64,000 bases of DNA, taken from Nitrospirota bacterium. GTDB lineage: Bacteria > Nitrospirota > Nitrospiria > Nitrospirales > Nitrospiraceae. A model generated the notes under the pieces. It was given only the letters and a program-made list of their open reading frames with translations. It had not been told where the DNA came from and ran no database searches. The stretch lies in assembly GCA_963703955.1 (NCBI GenBank), contig CAVPGK010000006.1, forward strand, positions 96,001 to 160,000, written 5' to 3'. Below, in pieces: positions 60,139-64,000 of this stretch (positions are counted from its first letter, which is position 1; each line of letters opens with the position of its first letter). The translations under genes were made by a program, and so were the position numbers.

Positions 60139-61458
60139 GCAGGATGTTGAAAAAGGCCTTGCCTTTCTCGACATACGTAGTATAACGGCGCATCAGCCCA
60201 CTCACTCCCAAGGAGGCACGATGCGCGGATACGTCAGCGGCCAAGCCATGATGTTCAGCTACCTCTCGCCGGAAGCCCGAGTGCCCGCGACCCATCCCTT
60301 GCGCTCGATCAAAGCGATCGCTGACCAGGTGGTGCAGCGGCTGGCGCCGACGTTTGAGGCGATGTACAGCCGGAGTGGGCGGCCCTCGATTCCCCCGGAA
60401 CGCCTGCTGAAAGGCGAACTGCTGATCGCGTTGTTCTCCATCCGAGGCCATCGGCTCTTCTGTGAGATGCTGGAGTACCACATCCTGTTCCGCTGGTTTC
60501 TGGACATGAACCTCGATGAACCGGTGTTCGATCACAGCACCTTCAGTCAGAACAGCGAGCGGTTGCTGGCGCATGAAGCCGCACGGAAGTTCTTCGATGC
60601 CGTCGTGGGGTATGCCCGGGGAGCGGGGCTGCTCTCGGATGAGCACTTCACCGTCGACGGCACGCTGATCGAGGCCTGGGCTTCGCTCAAGAGTGTCAAG
60701 CCGAAGACCGCTCCCACCCCGACGGCGCCGCCGGATGACCCGGGCAATCCCACGGTCAATTTCCACGGCGAGCGGCGCACCAATGCCACCCATCAGAGCA
60801 CGACCGACCCGGACGCCTTGCTGGCCCGCAAGAGCACGGGCAAAGAAGCCAAACTGTGCTTCTCGGGCCACGCCTTGATGGAGAATCGGCATGGCCTCTG
60901 TGTGGACCTGCAGATCGCGCCCGCCACAGGCACGGCGGAACGGGACATGGCCCTCGCCCTGCTGCGGCGTCAGGCCCGGCGGGGGATTCGGCCGCGCACG
61001 CTCGGTGCCGACAAGGGCTATCACTGCCGGGACTTTGTCCGCCGCTTGCGGCAGCGCCGGATTCGACCCCACCTCGCGCAGGTCACGGGGCGGCACACGC
61101 CGGGCTTGGATGGACGGACGACGCGGCACGGGGGCTACGCGCTGAGTCAACGGCTTCGCAAACGAGTGGAGGAGATCTTCGGCTGGCTGAAGACGATCGG
61201 CGGGTTGCGCAAAACCCGATTTCGCGGCGTGGCGCGTACGCAGCATGCCGCCTACCTGGTTGGGGGCGCCTACAACCTGCTGCGAATCAGTCGGCTGCGG
61301 CCGCCCGGAGCCGCCGCATGAGCCGCGGCGCACCGTGCCCCCAAGATGTGGCCCAAGGTCGAGAGGTAGCGAGAGCGCCATGGGGCTGCTCAACGCACGG
61401 CAGCGAAGTCCAAAAACATCCGACTCCGGTATCAAAGCCGGGTTTTTCAACATCCTGC
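60139..61458 (+). mobile_element. IS5-family insertion sequence
   Basis: IRs GCAGGATGTTGAAAAA / TTTTTCAACATCCTGC flanked by TA on both sides. Confidence 0.92.
60221..61321 (+). CDS. IS5-family transposase (intact)
   Basis: GRPSIPPE, FTVDGT, GADKGY, RKRVEEIFG. Confidence 0.95.
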   Translation: MRGYVSGQAMMFSYLSPEARVPATHPLRSIKAIADQVVQRLAPTFEAMYSRSGRPSIPPERLLKGELLIALFSIRGHRLFCEMLEYHILFRWFLDMNLDEPVFDHSTFSQNSERLLAHEAARKFFDAVVGYARGAGLLSDEHFTVDGTLIEAWASLKSVKPKTAPTPTAPPDDPGNPTVNFHGERRTNATHQSTTDPDALLARKSTGKEAKLCFSGHALMENRHGLCVDLQIAPATGTAERDMALALLRRQARRGIRPRTLGADKGYHCRDFVRRLRQRRIRPHLAQVTGRHTPGLDGRTTRHGGYALSQRLRKRVEEIFGWLKTIGGLRKTRFRGVARTQHAAYLVGGAYNLLRISRLRPPGAAA

Positions 61459-61631
61459 TAATAATCATGGCAGTCGGGTTCCTCTGTCATTGCTTCTTTC
61501 ACGCTCCTAGATAGCCTCAAGCGCCGCCTCTCCGGGTCCCACGTGTTCTCTGTTGTTCTGGCAGGTGTCGATGGTTTGGTAGAAGAATTTATGAACCTGA
61601 CTGATTGAATGTTAAAGATTGGAGGTGCGCC

Positions 61632-61928
61632 ATGGCCGTTACCTTAATTAACGTGTTTTCAGTCCCGAAGGGCAAGGAAGAGGAGTTCGTGAAGTGGTGG
61701 CAGGACGTGAAGGCAACTATCACGAAGCAACCCGGGTTTATGAGCGGAAAGTTTCATCGGAGCGTCAAGCCGGACGGCAAATTCAACTTTATTAACGTCG
61801 CGATTTGGGAAGATGAAGAGGTCTACTGGAAAGCCTACGAAAAGAGCGTAACGCCGATGAAGGCGAAGTTAGCGCAGTTGGGCGTTGAAATGGTCCCGGC
61901 TCTCTATAACGTCGTTTTCGAGTACTGA
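61632..61928 (+). CDS. Antibiotic biosynthesis monooxygenase (ABM) family protein
   Basis: GGAGG RBS; LINVF.V…QPGF.S..FHRS…FINVA.W. Confidence 0.85.
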   Translation: MAVTLINVFSVPKGKEEEFVKWWQDVKATITKQPGFMSGKFHRSVKPDGKFNFINVAIWEDEEVYWKAYEKSVTPMKAKLAQLGVEMVPALYNVVFEY

Positions 61929-61984
61929 ATCAACAGCCTTGCCCAATGAGAAGAAGAGAAACTAATTAACTTGTATGTTTACTT

Positions 61985-62165
61985 TTTCATGTATGAAAAC
62001 ATCGTCAAAGCTAACCAGGACGGGATAGATCGGAACTAACTTGGTCGCCGAGACCGTTCAATAGCATGGGTCATCCCGTTCTGCCTCCTCAAGAGCTCGA
62101 ACAGTTGCCTGGGCTGGAAAGAGCCCGCATCATAGCAAGACCGAGCCGCGTGGAGGCGTAGAGAG
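61985..62165 (+). ncRNA. Predicted IS110 bridge RNA (ends approximate)
   Basis: Target loop AACTAACT / TGGTC-GACCG hairpin / TCAATAG inside the ACGGGAT…ATCCCGT stem; donor loop ACAGTTGC / GGGCT-AGCCC hairpin / CAAG. Confidence 0.7.
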
Positions 62166-62178
62166 AATGGAGGCTCCG

Positions 62179-63131
<953 letters not shown>

Positions 63132-63156
63132 AACTGAACACAGTTGCTATTGAGTT

Positions 63157-63245
63157 GTTGAAACTAACTCTTTTGGAGGGGTTGAAACCCACTCTTATGG
63201 AGGGGTTGAAACCTCTTATGGAGGGGTTGAAACTAATCTCAGGGG
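63157..63245 (+). repeat. Tandem repeat, 24/24/21-nt units plus a partial unit, GTTGAAAC…CTCTTWTGGAGGG
   Basis: Units begin at 63157, 63181, 63205 and 63226. Confidence 0.85.
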
Positions 63246-64000
63246 ATGCATAAAGAAGAGAATAAGCCCATTACGTTTAAACAATTTCTTGAAACCGTGC
63301 CTCCAGGTAAGCGTGTTTCGATTGAGTTGAATACCTGATGAAGATTTCAGTTGATGCCCAAACCAAAACCATGAGGCTCGCCTGGCTCCAATTGTCTTTG
63401 GAAACATGAACACACAAGGGCAGCTTGTAATTGATCCGCGCTGGGAGAATGGAGAGCAACTACCATCTTCGCTGGTGGCGATGATTGCATTGCTGACGTC
63501 CTCGCTATTGCGGCGCTGTTTACCTTTGGTCGGTGGGAGTTCGCGTCATTCATTGCACACCAGACGCTGGAGCAACTTTCGCCGGAAGAAAGGCAAGAGG
63601 TGATACTCTACCGCCAACCGCAGGCTCAACGCGATAGAAGTTACAAATCTCCTGATTGTCGAGAGGCAATCGAGCGCGCTGAGAACGCCGCTTCGGAGTT
63701 GGCTGACTACTCCAGGCGTCTTCGCAACTGCGCTGAAGCGCGTAACTATACGGACGACTGCGGAAACAGAGTTTCGCCGGGCCCGGAACGCGCATAGTGA
63801 CTACGAAGATGCGGTTTCATCTGTAAGTAGCGAGTCCGGTAGAGTGGGCGTGAGGCGCCGTGAGGTGGTAAATTGCCGGACGATCTGCTCACACAACCCG
63901 AAGTTGATCGACCGGATTAACCGAGACGGGAAGATTGGAGATGATACCCCTCTTTCATTGAAATGGGTTATATTTCCTGCACCATGGCTGCCAGTTCACG

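Noticed and set aside
60002..61468. 488-aa minus-strand ORF
   Set aside because: Antisense shadow of the IS5 transposase.
63157..63245. CRISPR array
   Set aside because: No spacers of meaningful length between the units and no cas genes in the window.
63246..64000. Short ORFs at the window end
   Set aside because: Only fragmentary protein-like stretches (ITFKQFLETVPPG; MNTQGQLVIDPRW); I cannot support a gene call.

Overview
GC-rich bacterial chromosome segment. The gene content and style suggest a Nitrospira-like (Nitrospirota) organism, which is an inference and not proven. The backbone carries ugd, a cluster of five HEAT-repeat genes, polA, a split histidine-utilisation pathway (hutH/hutU plus hutI/ftcd), nth, rpsU, DsrE/TusA sulfur carriers, a Kef antiporter, an orphan hcp, a CmlA-like metallo-beta-lactamase-fold protein, two FGE-sulfatase-domain proteins, hemD, a FitA/VapC toxin-antitoxin pair, a Rieske oxygenase, tdh-kbl and mlaA. 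Accessory content: (i) a ~6.4 kb island bounded by a 24-bp direct repeat that duplicates the 3' end of an amidohydrolase gene; it holds an IS3-disrupted HAD gene, an integrase stub, a pentapeptide protein and a PEP-CTERM protein. (ii) An intact IS5-family element. (iii) An IS110 element whose bridge-RNA target and donor guides, CT core and junction promoter can all be read from the sequence, inserted at the start of a GTTGAAAC-containing tandem repeat. (iv) Two families of short-period (7-nt and 8-nt) inverted-repeat elements, one enclosing a four-helix-bundle gene. Single-base frameshifts in housekeeping genes (polA, nth) suggest the assembly contains indel errors, so pseudogene calls are tentative. 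No rRNA, tRNA or true CRISPR array was recognised.
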